Shown: one piece after another, positions 10,836-20,000 of the stretch
Layout of the letters: each line of letters begins with the position of its first letter
Position numbering within the stretch: position 1 is the stretch's first letter
The notes under the pieces: model-generated
The model's input: only the letters and a program-made list of their open reading frames with translations
Database searches by the model: none
What the model was told of the DNA's origin: nothing
Made by a program: the position numbers and the translations under genes
Assembly: GCF_011745625.1 (NCBI RefSeq)
Contig: NW_027191468.1
Span: forward strand, 557,512 to 577,511
DNA: 20,000 bases
Direction of reading: 5' to 3'
Source: Cladosporium halotolerans
Lineage: Eukaryota

Positions 10836-11755
10836 AGGTGCCGAGACGACTGAGCGTGTCTGGGGGTCAGATGGAAGGGATGTCAGGGTGGTGGGCCATT
10901 CTTTGATTGAAAGGGTATAGCATAGGCGTTTTGCGGCGTAGAAGACTATTGGAAGGGCAACGATGATGAGACGAATACGGATCATGTCTACTCCGAATGA
11001 AGAGAAAGGTCGTGTATGTTGTCTTAGCATATCCTATGGCACAAGAACAGACCAACTCAATTTCAGGAAAGCACCAGCAGCGACACACAAAACTGAATGA
11101 GAGCATCACCGATGGTTTCTGTAAGGTAGTATGTGGCTCATGTGTGATTAGGCAAGCAAGGCCCTTTTCAAGCAGTCCAGGTCGGATTCTTCCTGAAGGG
11201 CGTTCATCATGTGGTCGAAGATTCATTGCTTGGCTAGTAGTAGGCTCTCACACCGGGTAGTAAGCGTTAGGATTCCATGAGCTCTGGCAGTACGGTGATA
11301 TGGTTGAAACTAACAAGTTGGAGATACTACTATTGCGTTCAAGCGGCTTATATGTAACCTCCAGTTCCTACAGATTTTGCGAATGTGATCTTCACTAGAT
11401 AGAGGCCGGGAAGCTGTACGATGCCCTGCTGGCCTGCTTGACGACTTTTTCGAAACACGTGGCACGCGATTCTAATGTCAAGGTACGTCAGGGACCTGGA
11501 GTGCATTTTCAGTCTGTATCAGGCATTCTTCTCAGGCGAACTAGAGGCTATGGTCCAGCCAGGTTTGGATTTATGCCAGGGTCGTTTGAAAGCATTGCTG
11601 TAAATACTCTTATTTCCTTGGTAGAATAGGTATGGAGTCACTTGTTGGACACTAACCGAGGCTCCTTTATAACCTTTTAGGTATATTGCCCAAAGCTGGG
11701 AAACACCATCTTGGCCAAGACTGCCTGTATGGGTGCCCTGATCTCAATTACGTCG

Positions 11756-13351
11756 TCACGTTACCCCACCCGCACCTCTGTCCCTAACTTTCATCCAACC
11801 ACTCTCCCCTCTCGGCCGCTCGGCATGCGATGCGACACTCATCACGCTCATAGCTGGATGCTGATCCCCCAGAGCCCTGCGCTGTGCTCCGCCCACCAGC
11901 ACAGTGCTGGCCGCGATCTCACCGCCATCCACTCCTGCATTCTGCGAATCGGCGTAGTCTTCCTCGTCCAACACGTCCCACTCTGCACCAGTGATATCGG
12001 TCAGCAGATGGTTCCGCAGCTTGTCTATCGGCCGGTGTGGTTGCGAGAGCCGCCAGTCGGCCAGGAGTGCGGCGCCTTCATGACCGGCCAGGGAATGCCC
12101 CAGGTTGCCGTGGCTGAACATGCCGAAGGCGGCCGCTGGATGGAGAGGCTCATCGGTACTGGAGCGTGATTTGCGGTCGCGTTCGCGAACGCGTCGCGAG
12201 CCCTCTTTCTGCTGCGCGAGCGAGAGCAGCCAGATGTTGCGCCCGATGTCGCAGATCTCGTCGAATGTATTGATCGTTGCAATGCCTTGCGAGCGACACA
12301 GCCAGGCAACATCCCAGGCAAGTAGCATGGTGCCTTCGACGAAAAGGCCAAATGTCTTGGGGTCTTCTTTGGCTAGGCGAGACAGGGGTCGGTCCAGGTG
12401 CAATAAGCGTGGACGTGGGAGATTGCGCTGCTCTTGCAGAAGCCGGGATGCTGATGGGCTTGACGGGTGACTCGCCAGAGGCGTTGGATAGGGTAGATTG
12501 GTGGCCTTGTAGGATGACTTCTCTGGCAAGATAGCAGAATGAGGGAAGTCAGAGTGTGGCAAGATGATCTCTGCGGGAAGCCGTATGGAGAGGTAGTGGC
12601 ACCACACGCCAAGTAGATGGCAAACGTTGTCCAAGCACGCGTTGACGTGCGCATGATGCTCGAAATTGGTGCCGTCTGAGCCTTTCCCATATGGAAATCC
12701 ACCTGCATCGTCTACCGGAGAATTTAGCTCCTTCAGATTCGGCAAGACGAGTCCGTTGAGCTGATAGCGGCCGGTATGTTTGCCATGTATGTCTCGAAGT
12801 TGGTGTACGCCATTCAGACTGGAGGAATGCCTGCATATGTAAGCCCGAGCGTCCACAGTCTTCGTGTGTACTCTTTCGGCTCGATGTGCCGCCTTCTGCT
12901 GGGCGCTCTCAACTGGAGTCAAGACTTGCGGTCGTCTGCTCGCCAATTCTTTCTGCTCGGTCGTGATCTCCTGGCGGCGCTCCTCGTTCTTCCGCTTGAC
13001 ATCCCGTATATAGCTCCTGTAATCCTCCATCTGCTTTCGCAGGGAGTCTGCTTGCTCCGTGATGGCAGCAATTCGGGCCTCGACCCTCTCCTGTTCGGCC
13101 TGGGCCCGCTCGGAGCTGTGCTTCTTGACGGCATTTGTGATGGCATCCCAATCAGCATCTTGGGACAAGGCAGCGAGGACACCGTCGTTGCCAGGTCGGA
13201 CGATTGCTTCAGAGTGCGTGTGGTAGTTCTCACGCTCGAGGAGACCGGTGACTTGGCGTATACGCGGCTCATAGACGGAGACTTGCGCACAAGTGGTGCA
13301 CAGCGGCTTTCGGGATCGATCAAAAGATCTGGCGCAGATGTTGCAATCCAT
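11756..13351 (-). CDS. Atg14/UVRAG-type (PI3K complex subunit) domain protein, 531 aa, apparently intronless
   Basis: N-terminal CxxC...CxxC (MDCNICARS...PLCTTCA), long coiled coil, then HYLSIRLPAEIILPH, PRPRLLHLDRPL, FVEGTMLLAWDVAWLCRSQG, DIGRNIW, FSHG and EWDVL, recalled as typical of filamentous-fungal Atg14-domain proteins. ATG context TAAA-ATG-G. Confidence 0.8.
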   Translation of the reverse strand: MDCNICARSFDRSRKPLCTTCAQVSVYEPRIRQVTGLLERENYHTHSEAIVRPGNDGVLAALSQDADWDAITNAVKKHSSERAQAEQERVEARIAAITEQADSLRKQMEDYRSYIRDVKRKNEERRQEITTEQKELASRRPQVLTPVESAQQKAAHRAERVHTKTVDARAYICRHSSSLNGVHQLRDIHGKHTGRYQLNGLVLPNLKELNSPVDDAGGFPYGKGSDGTNFEHHAHVNACLDNVCHLLGVWCHYLSIRLPAEIILPHSDFPHSAILPEKSSYKATNLPYPTPLASHPSSPSASRLLQEQRNLPRPRLLHLDRPLSRLAKEDPKTFGLFVEGTMLLAWDVAWLCRSQGIATINTFDEICDIGRNIWLLSLAQQKEGSRRVRERDRKSRSSTDEPLHPAAAFGMFSHGNLGHSLAGHEGAALLADWRLSQPHRPIDKLRNHLLTDITGAEWDVLDEEDYADSQNAGVDGGEIAASTVLVGGAQRRALGDQHPAMSVMSVASHAERPRGESGWMKVRDRGAGGVT

Positions 13352-13761
13352 TTTAGGGCAATGCGCTTGTTGATGATCGCTCGCGGGAGGGCGGATACTT
13401 CAGCCGTATCATGTTGTGTTAGTGGACGGTCTATATGGTAGAGCGCTTGGACAAAGGGATTCTGGTATTTGTGCTCGGGGCGGAAAAGCCAACAGCTAGA
13501 AGACTCAGGACGCGGGAAGGTTGTAGGATGGATACATCAGTGGTACATGTCGCGTGCTTCAAGGCGGCGAGGGAGGCACGTCACCAGCTCCGGTGATGGA
13601 TGACTTGCCCTGTCAAGTGACCCCGCGTGGCCCGCGTGTCCGGCGTCGCGACTTCCCCGGATCCATCCCGCTCTACACGACTTCACCTTCGCGGTCTCAG
13701 CCTTATTACCAGGTACCATCGAACATGATGTGACTCGGTCAAGATCACGAAATGAGCAAAG

Positions 13762-14780
13762 ATGGCTGAAAGTCCGTCGACCCCAGCGCGGCCTTCTCCA
13801 ATGGGAGGCAGTGACTCCGATGCTCCTGGCTTACTCTCAACGGTCAAGAACAGCTCTGCCAGCATGGAGAAGACTACGAATGATGAACAAAGGAACCATG
13901 ACATTACGGTAGAGATGCCTGATACGCATCAAGACCACGATGATAAAGGGACGAGCAATGTACCCTCTCGAGCTTCACTTGTCCCTCGCGCACAGAGCGC
14001 CACCGCGACGCCTTCAACAGTCAAGGCGGATCGTGTAATCACAGACCCTGCAATGCCACCCCCATCGCGGCCGAACTTCAAGGCCACCGCAACCTACGCG
14101 CAGCCTCCACAGACAACCGATAACGACGTTGATGAAGAAGCCCCGTCTGAATCCACTTGTGCTGAACAGGATCACGATGATCCCCACGCTCCATCCTCGG
14201 AAATGGCAACCCAGAAGACTCCGCATGCGCCATCACGCAAGCGTAGCCATGAAAAATCGGGGCGGCAGCAGGATCTAGGAGAAGGCCAGAATCCTGAGCC
14301 TACAGACATTTTCTATGAGCCTGCGAATGCTATCGAGGCCTTTGACTGGGAGGACCTTGAGTCGCGCTATCACCATCATATGCAAGACTTTGCTGCTCAA
14401 GAGCAAGACATCTATACCTCGTTTAATGAGCTTTGCGGGGTATGAGCACACTCAATTGACTCATGTTCATTTCTGACATTCACAGTATTTCTCTGTCTGG
14501 GCCGAAACAGGTCACACTCGCGAGGTCGATCGGAGCTTCAAGAGGTCAGTGATGCTTTGGAGCATTTCTCTCCACTGTGCCGGAGTTCTGACAAACGCGC
14601 AGGCTCAAAACGCAGTCAACACTTGTCCGCCATCACGAGGAGGAGCTTGAAAGCAAGAGACATCATTGTACGTTTTGCTTCTTACCGCTACGAAGGACCC
14701 ACGCTGACCGTGACCTCGCAGATGTCAAAGTTGTCGATGCTTTCAAGAGTGCGCTCCAGCTCCTCGGCACTGGAAGTTGA
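13762..14780 (+). CDS. Hypothetical protein, 286 aa: disordered N-terminus and helical/coiled-coil C-terminal domain. Exons 13762..14439, 14486..14544, 14603..14667, 14722..14780
   Basis: Three canonical short introns (14440..14485 GTATGA..CTGAC..CAG; 14545..14602 GTCAGT..CTGAC..CAG; 14668..14721 GTACGT..CTGAC..CAG) keep one frame: FDWEDLESRY...FNELCG|YFSVWAETGHTREVDRSFKR|LKTQSTLVRHHEEELESKRHH|YVKVVDAFKSALQLLGTGS*. Confidence 0.82.
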
Positions 14781-15229
14781 GCTTTGCCGCTGGTAACACT
14801 CGCTCTAGCGTTCCCCCAAGTCATCGATGATGCGGAGGGCGTCGCCCAAAACGCTGCAGGGATCAGAAGATTGACCAAATCAACAACCTCAGCTTTCAAA
14901 GGCCCGGTCTGCCCTCCGATCGCGAGCAATCACGATGGAAATATTTGCTGCGCAATGGCGCAGACGCGCTCGCATTCGAACCAAATCATCGTCGATGCGT
15001 ACAATTGGGACGACGTGCATCCTTCTCGTTGCACCGTACTCTGAGATACATTCGCTCAGCAGAGACCGCTTCGCTGGCTACGCTCACCTGTACCTTTGGC
15101 GTTGCTTCGATATCATGATATACCAAATGGGGCAGTGAAGGAATTGCTGTTTGAAGTATCGTTCGTGTAATTTCCGTCTAGATTCTATAGCCCAACATGC
15201 TGTGCCGCACATCTAGATACTTTTGTCGC

Positions 15230-16359
15230 TCAAAGCAAAGGGTTCGACCTGTACTCGGGCACCTCGCCGTTGGCCTCGGGCTTGCCCTTCTTCACCTCGT
15301 TGTCCGCGTCGGGAGTGTCCTCGCCTTCTTGCTCGGCAAGGAACTTTTCGGCCTCAAGAGCTGCCATGCAGCCAGTACCTGGAAAAGTGGGTTAGCATTT
15401 GCTAATGAGAGGCTGGACGTTGAGAATATGAACTCACCAGCTGAAGTGACAGCTTGCCTGTACTTCTTGTCCTGCACGTCACCAGCGGCGAACACACCAG
15501 GGATGCTGGTCTCGGTAGTACCAGGTGTGGTGATCAGATATCCGTCCTCGTCCATCTTCAGCTGGCCCTTGAACAGGTGCGTCGCAGGGTCGTGGCCGAC
15601 AGCGTAGAACAGACCGTTCGCCTTGATTTCTTCCGTCTCGCCGCTCTTGTTATTCTTGATCACCAGGCTCTGCATCAGACCCCTAGGGCCTTCCTCGCCC
15701 TTGATCTCCACACCCTGCGTGTTGTACTTGACCTCGACCTTCGGATTGGTCGTCAGGCGGCGCGCGTTCGCCTTGCTCGCGCGGAGCACGTCCCTGCGCA
15801 CCAGCACGGTGACCTTCGACGCCTTCTTGGTCAGGTAAATTGCCTCCTCGACCGCCGAGTCACCACCGCCAATCACGACCAAGGGCTTCTCGCGGAAAAT
15901 CGGCAGGCTGCCATCGCACACCGCGCACGCGCTCACGCCGTTGCCCCAGTACTTCTCCTCGCCCTGCAGATCCAGACGCCTGGCCTTCGCGCCCGTCGCG
16001 ATGATGATGCTGTCCGCGGTGTGCGTCTCTTCCTCCAGAGTCTCCTCGTCGCCCATCGGGTGGAGCCAGAACTTGAACGGCCGCGCCGACAGGTCGATCT
16101 TGCCGACGGTCTGGCTGACGATCTCGGTGCCGCAGGCCTCGCTCTGCGCGCGCATCTGGTCCATGAGCGTCGCGCCCTGAATCTTGGTGAAGCCGGGGAA
16201 GTTCTCGACTTCGTCGGTGGTCGTGAGCTGGCCGCCGGCGGCGATGCCGAGCGCGAGGAAACCCTCGTAGAGGACGGGCTTGAGGTCGGCGCGAGAGGCG
16301 TAGATGGCGGCTGTGTGGCCTGCAGGGCCGGAGCCGATGATCACGACTTTGGAGTGCAT
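15230..16359 (-). CDS. TRR1: Thioredoxin reductase (low-MW, NADPH), 356 aa from AUG. Exons 16359..15438 and 15378..15230; possible GUG-initiated 411-aa isoform from 16524
   Basis: MHSKVVIIGSGPAGHTAAIY (FAD), GGQLTTTDEVENFPGF, SACAVCDG (CxxC), VIGGGDSAVEEA (NADPH), GVFAAGDVQDKKYRQAVTSA. Intron 15437..15379 (GTGAGT...GCTAAC...CAG) joins to GTGCMAALEAEKFL...EYRSNPLL*. Confidence 0.97.
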
Positions 16360-16410
16360 GGCGCGGGTCTGCTGGAGGATCGAGGCTGCGGAAGGTGGGG
16401 TGTAGAAGGT

Positions 16411-16455
16411 GGTTGTTGCTGCTGCTGCGGTTGCGGCTGTTGCTGTTGCTGCTGT
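16411..16455 (-). repeat. Imperfect trinucleotide (GCA/ACA/ACC) tract within the TRR1 N-terminal extension
   Basis: Reads TAATATAATAAAATT in the TRR1 frame and poly-Q in a neighbouring frame. Confidence 0.6.
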
Positions 16456-17951
16456 GAAGGGGAGGGAGATGCTGGAGCGTAGAGGACGGAAGGCTCCGGC
16501 TCGGTGGAAGGCTTTGGCGAACACTTTGGCGGTGTTGGAGTGGGAAATGGGTGGGTTTTGTTTGGTGGGGGTAGAGTTTGGCTGTGTGGTCGATGTGGAG
16601 GTGGGACGGGAATCATCACTGGGAGTTGCTGACTTAATTTTCCAGCGGCTTCGGCCACGCGGGGCTGGATGGCTGCGAATTATTCAGCACGAGAATGCAT
16701 ATTTGGAATGTCTGGCGCAAGATTTATAAATGTGCCGAGGGGATGAGATAGAGCCAATGCCAACGTATAATTGCGGCATCGCATTCTCGTCGGCAATAAC
16801 GCAGAGCCTCACAAGGCTTTTCGTCGTCTCGCAGCTGCTCCATACCGTCCTGTCAGGGTCCGCGGCGGGAATAAACATCGACAAATGCACAATGCGATCA
16901 TCCGCCCGGTCTAGCTCGAGATCTCCCGAGGCTTATCGATATCCCGAAAGATCGGCCAGGCGTGCCTGAGGGCAGCAGCGAGTTGGCACCACCACAGACT
17001 GATGCCGAACCCATTGCGGTGCCGCTCGCGAGTATCTCTGGCAGGGTCCAGGCAGGCTCAGCAGGCCAGGCCGCAGCCGGGCCGTGCGTCGGCAGGCGTG
17101 GAGCCGAAATATCGAGGGCAGAGGACGGTCACGTGGTGGGTTCACGCACGCACTCGCCTGCTCCCTGACACGCCTGATACACCCCGGCTTCACCATCGTC
17201 TCACCACGCGCTCGGCCGCTTGGTGCGTCTATTCCTGACGCCGATGATACAAGCTAAAAGTCCCTATTTGCGCGACTTCTCCCAGCACTGCCTCTTCGCC
17301 AGCGTACCAGCAGGCCGAAATCGCGGCCCTGCAGATCCGGAGAATAAACATGGACCTGCGCCTGATTCCGCTCGAGGTGCCGCAGCGGTCGCCCGGCAGA
17401 CACCGTATATGATGGCCAAGAGTGTTATTTTGCCGGAAGGGGACCACGGAGAGATTGCAGCTGTCGCTCTCACGGGCACGCTCACCGACAAACGCCCTGT
17501 ATTCGCTGGCCTGCCCTGGAGTTGCCGCAGCCGGCGACCGACCCAAGGGTGGCGACGGACTAATCACCGCGGCCAGACAGCGCACCAGCACATGTGTCTC
17601 TGGATCTGCCCTGCCGAATGGGCCGAACGTGGGACCAAACATGCGTTCACGCCTTCGTCGTCGGCCGTTGCGCTTCACTTGCCGCCCTAGTCTGGAAAAT
17701 GATCGCCGGGAAATTGCCCTTGAATTTCTGCCCGCCAGCCGTTGCGATAGCCGTTGCGAACGCCGCCGCCAAACCTCACACCCTAGTGACCCTACTTCAC
17801 ATGTAACAGCCTATCAAGCACACTAACCCTAACGGCTCATCTAGCTTGTGATATGGCCCTGCCAGCGCTATGGCACCCCCATGCCAGCCTGGCGTTCACG
17901 CGCCCCCATAAGGTAGCCCGATCCCACGAACACGGCGCTGTTTCGTCGTAC

Positions 17952-17987
17952 TTCATACATTCATACATTCGTTCATACATTCGTTCA
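17952..17987 (+). repeat. TTCATACA(TTCG) short tandem repeat upstream of the GH17 gene
   Basis: ttcataca ttcatacattcg ttcatacattcg ttca read directly. Confidence 0.6.
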
Positions 17988-18103
17988 GGTGCTGGTCAAC
18001 CTATCACAGGCAAGGAATTGTCTTTCTCTTCACTCAGTCATTCGTTCTCTTTTGTGTGATCGCTTCACTCGTTCAGCGGCGAAAAACCCTCACGGCCCTC
18101 ACA

Positions 18104-19477
18104 ATGAAGACCATCAGTGGAACCCTGCTTCTGGCTGCTGTCGCCGTCTCGACTGCTTACGCCGAACATGGTGAACACAAGCGTCACTTGGACCTCCACC
18201 AGAAAGAACAAAACTACCCGGCTTACGCGGCTAAGCCTTCACCTCCTCCGGAGTCTATGGGCTCTTCTTGTGGCTGCTACACATACACCACCACCTGGTA
18301 CGGAGCACCCACTCTGGTCCCTGACCTTGGGGAGTACGAGGCGACCACATCTGCTGGATGGGAGACAATCGCGCCTGCCGCCACGTCCGCGTCCTCTATT
18401 AAAGAAGAGCTTATTGACGACTGGCACCCTCGTCGCAAGGGAGACTCGTCGTCCGAGGAGCCCGCTGCGTCGACCTCGGAGCAGCCTGCAGTTTACGAAG
18501 CACCTGCGGCCTACATCAAGAAGGTATCCACCACCGCGTCAAGCGCCACTGTGACCTCCTCGGCTAAGTCTGAGCCTAGCTCCTACGCTCAATCTAGCTC
18601 CTACGTCGAGCCCAGTCCGAGCTCCACTTCGTCCAGCGCCGCTCCTTCATCCACCAGCGCAAACAGCACCATTTCATCCAACGGCAACAAATGGGCATTC
18701 TGCTACACCCCCTACGCCAGCGATGGTACTTGCAAGTCCGCCGAAACAGTCGCTTCTGACGTCGCCGGGATCAAAGCAAAGGGTTTCACTGCGGTCCGCC
18801 TTTACGCCACAGACTGCTCAGGGCCGCAGAACGTCGGCGCCGCTGCTGCTAAGGAAGGCCTGAAACTGATTCTCGGCATCTGGGTCGACGAATCCGGCAT
18901 TGGCAGCAACACAGACGCGCAGGTTGATGAGCTCACTGCCTGGGGTAAAGATCAGTGGGAACTTGTTGAGATGGTCGTCGCCGGTAACGAAGCCATGTTC
19001 TACGGCTACACCTCCGCCGAGGGCCTCGCTGACTTCGTCAACGATGTCCGCACCAAGTTCCGCGCTGCGGGCTTCGAGGGCCCGGTCGGCACTTCTGAGG
19101 TGACCGGCTCCTTCGCCCAGTATGCTGACATTCTCTGCCCCGCCGTCGACTATGCTGGCGCCAACATTCACCCCTTCTTCAACACCGATGTCTCCGCTGA
19201 GGGTGCGGGCGACTTCGTTTCCCAGCAGCTCGACGACCTGGCCAAGGCCTGTGGCGGCGACAAGCAGGCTTACAACCTTGAGTCTGGCTGGCCTTCGCTC
19301 GGCAGCGCCAATGGTATGGCTGTTCCTGGTGCCGAGGATCAGAAGATTGCGATCGACAGCATCATGAAGGCTGCGGGTGGCAGGACGGCGATTTTCTCGT
19401 ACGAGAATGACGATTGGAAGGCGCCTGGCGAGTTTGGCGTTGAGCAGCACTGGGGATGCAAGGACTTGTTCGAGTGA
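18104..19477 (+). CDS. Secreted GH17 beta-1,3-glucanase/glucanosyltransferase (Scw11/Scw4-like cell-wall protein), 457 aa
   Basis: CACA-ATG start; signal peptide MKTISGTLLLAAVAVSTAYA; KR site; Ser/Thr-rich linker; catalytic domain YTPY...CKS, VRLYATDC, LKLILGIW, VAGNEA (acid/base Glu), NIHPFF, LESGWPS (nucleophile Glu), WKAPG..GVEQHWG. Confidence 0.9.
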   Translation: MKTISGTLLLAAVAVSTAYAEHGEHKRHLDLHQKEQNYPAYAAKPSPPPESMGSSCGCYTYTTTWYGAPTLVPDLGEYEATTSAGWETIAPAATSASSIKEELIDDWHPRRKGDSSSEEPAASTSEQPAVYEAPAAYIKKVSTTASSATVTSSAKSEPSSYAQSSSYVEPSPSSTSSSAAPSSTSANSTISSNGNKWAFCYTPYASDGTCKSAETVASDVAGIKAKGFTAVRLYATDCSGPQNVGAAAAKEGLKLILGIWVDESGIGSNTDAQVDELTAWGKDQWELVEMVVAGNEAMFYGYTSAEGLADFVNDVRTKFRAAGFEGPVGTSEVTGSFAQYADILCPAVDYAGANIHPFFNTDVSAEGAGDFVSQQLDDLAKACGGDKQAYNLESGWPSLGSANGMAVPGAEDQKIAIDSIMKAAGGRTAIFSYENDDWKAPGEFGVEQHWGCKDLFE

Positions 19478-19929
19478 GAGCGCCGGGTAGACGGTGTGGC
19501 TGACCATTTGTTTGATGCATGTTTGCGGATGACTGTTTCAGCGGATCTTTTGTCTTTGCGTTCGAAATACCCCAATTTTTATTCTTCTGAGAGCTTGACG
19601 CTGTTTGTTTTCTAGCGGTTTGTAGCTTTGAGGATGCAAAGACCTGTGATGATTCCGCAGTCCTCTACGAGAAGCCTCAATTGTGGTTGTTCCACTGAGA
19701 TACTGGTTGTCTGGCTCGTGGTCCAACGGGCCACAGTGCACGAAGTCTCCGTTTGCGTTTATGGCGCTCATGAGCTTCATCGCATGGGCGGCTATGCAGG
19801 CGACCTTGTTCCAAACCTTTTACAAACACGTGAGACATATCAGCAAGTTCAGTGAAACATCAATGATTACAAGTCCGGATCCGAGAAAGCTGCTGTGAGG
19901 ACCATAGATCTTGAATCTTGAATATTCAG

Positions 19930-20000
19930 AATCAGGTGAAGCTCAATCAGGAATCAAATCAGTCAGGTGGGCGCTCAATCAGAAATCAATCAGCAATCAG
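19930..20000. repeat. AATCAG-rich imperfect ~31-bp tandem duplication running to the window edge
   Basis: tcaggtgaagctcaatcaggaatcaaatcag (19932-19962) followed by tcaggtgggcgctcaatcagaaatcaatcag (19963-19993), then caatcag. Confidence 0.6.

Noticed and set aside
11456..11461. CACGTG (Pho4/bHLH box) near Pho85; also at 17130 and ~19827
   Set aside because: A 6-mer is expected several times per 20 kb by chance, and this copy lies between convergent 3' ends.
15454..16482. 342-aa + strand ORF opposite TRR1, and similar antisense ORFs over U2AF65, eIF1A, Pho85, Atg14-like and GH17
   Set aside because: Codon-bias shadows fully overlapping well-supported genes.
16933..17826. Cluster of 70-156 aa ORFs in the TRR1/GH17 divergent spacer
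   Set aside because: Present on both strands, mostly non-ATG starts, no splice pattern or homology cue; consistent with GC-rich promoter DNA.

Overview
Gene-dense eukaryotic window from a filamentous ascomycete: short GT-AG introns with CTRAC/CTAAT branch sites and GC3-biased codons; Dothideomycetes-like by protein style (inference). Ten protein-coding genes can be reconstructed: U2AF large subunit (probably 5'-truncated), Sec9/SNAP-25 SNARE, 2-methylcitrate dehydratase, cyclophilin H, eIF1A, Pho85/PhoA CDK, an Atg14-domain protein, a 4-exon hypothetical protein, thioredoxin reductase and a secreted GH17 glucanase. I saw no tRNA, rRNA, transposon or CRISPR. The main signals are possible non-canonical translation. 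(1) Directly after the Pho85 UAG, and in frame with it, is a 62-codon tail of 24-nt repeats with four psi-K-x-E (SUMO-consensus) motifs that vary mostly at synonymous sites, suggesting stop readthrough or stop editing. (2) Thioredoxin reductase has an in-frame GUG in strong context adding a 55-aa mitochondrial-presequence-like extension. (3) Pho85 also has a 266-codon stop-free, AUG-free in-frame leader with a well-placed ACG overlapped by a uORF. All three are hypotheses from sequence alone.
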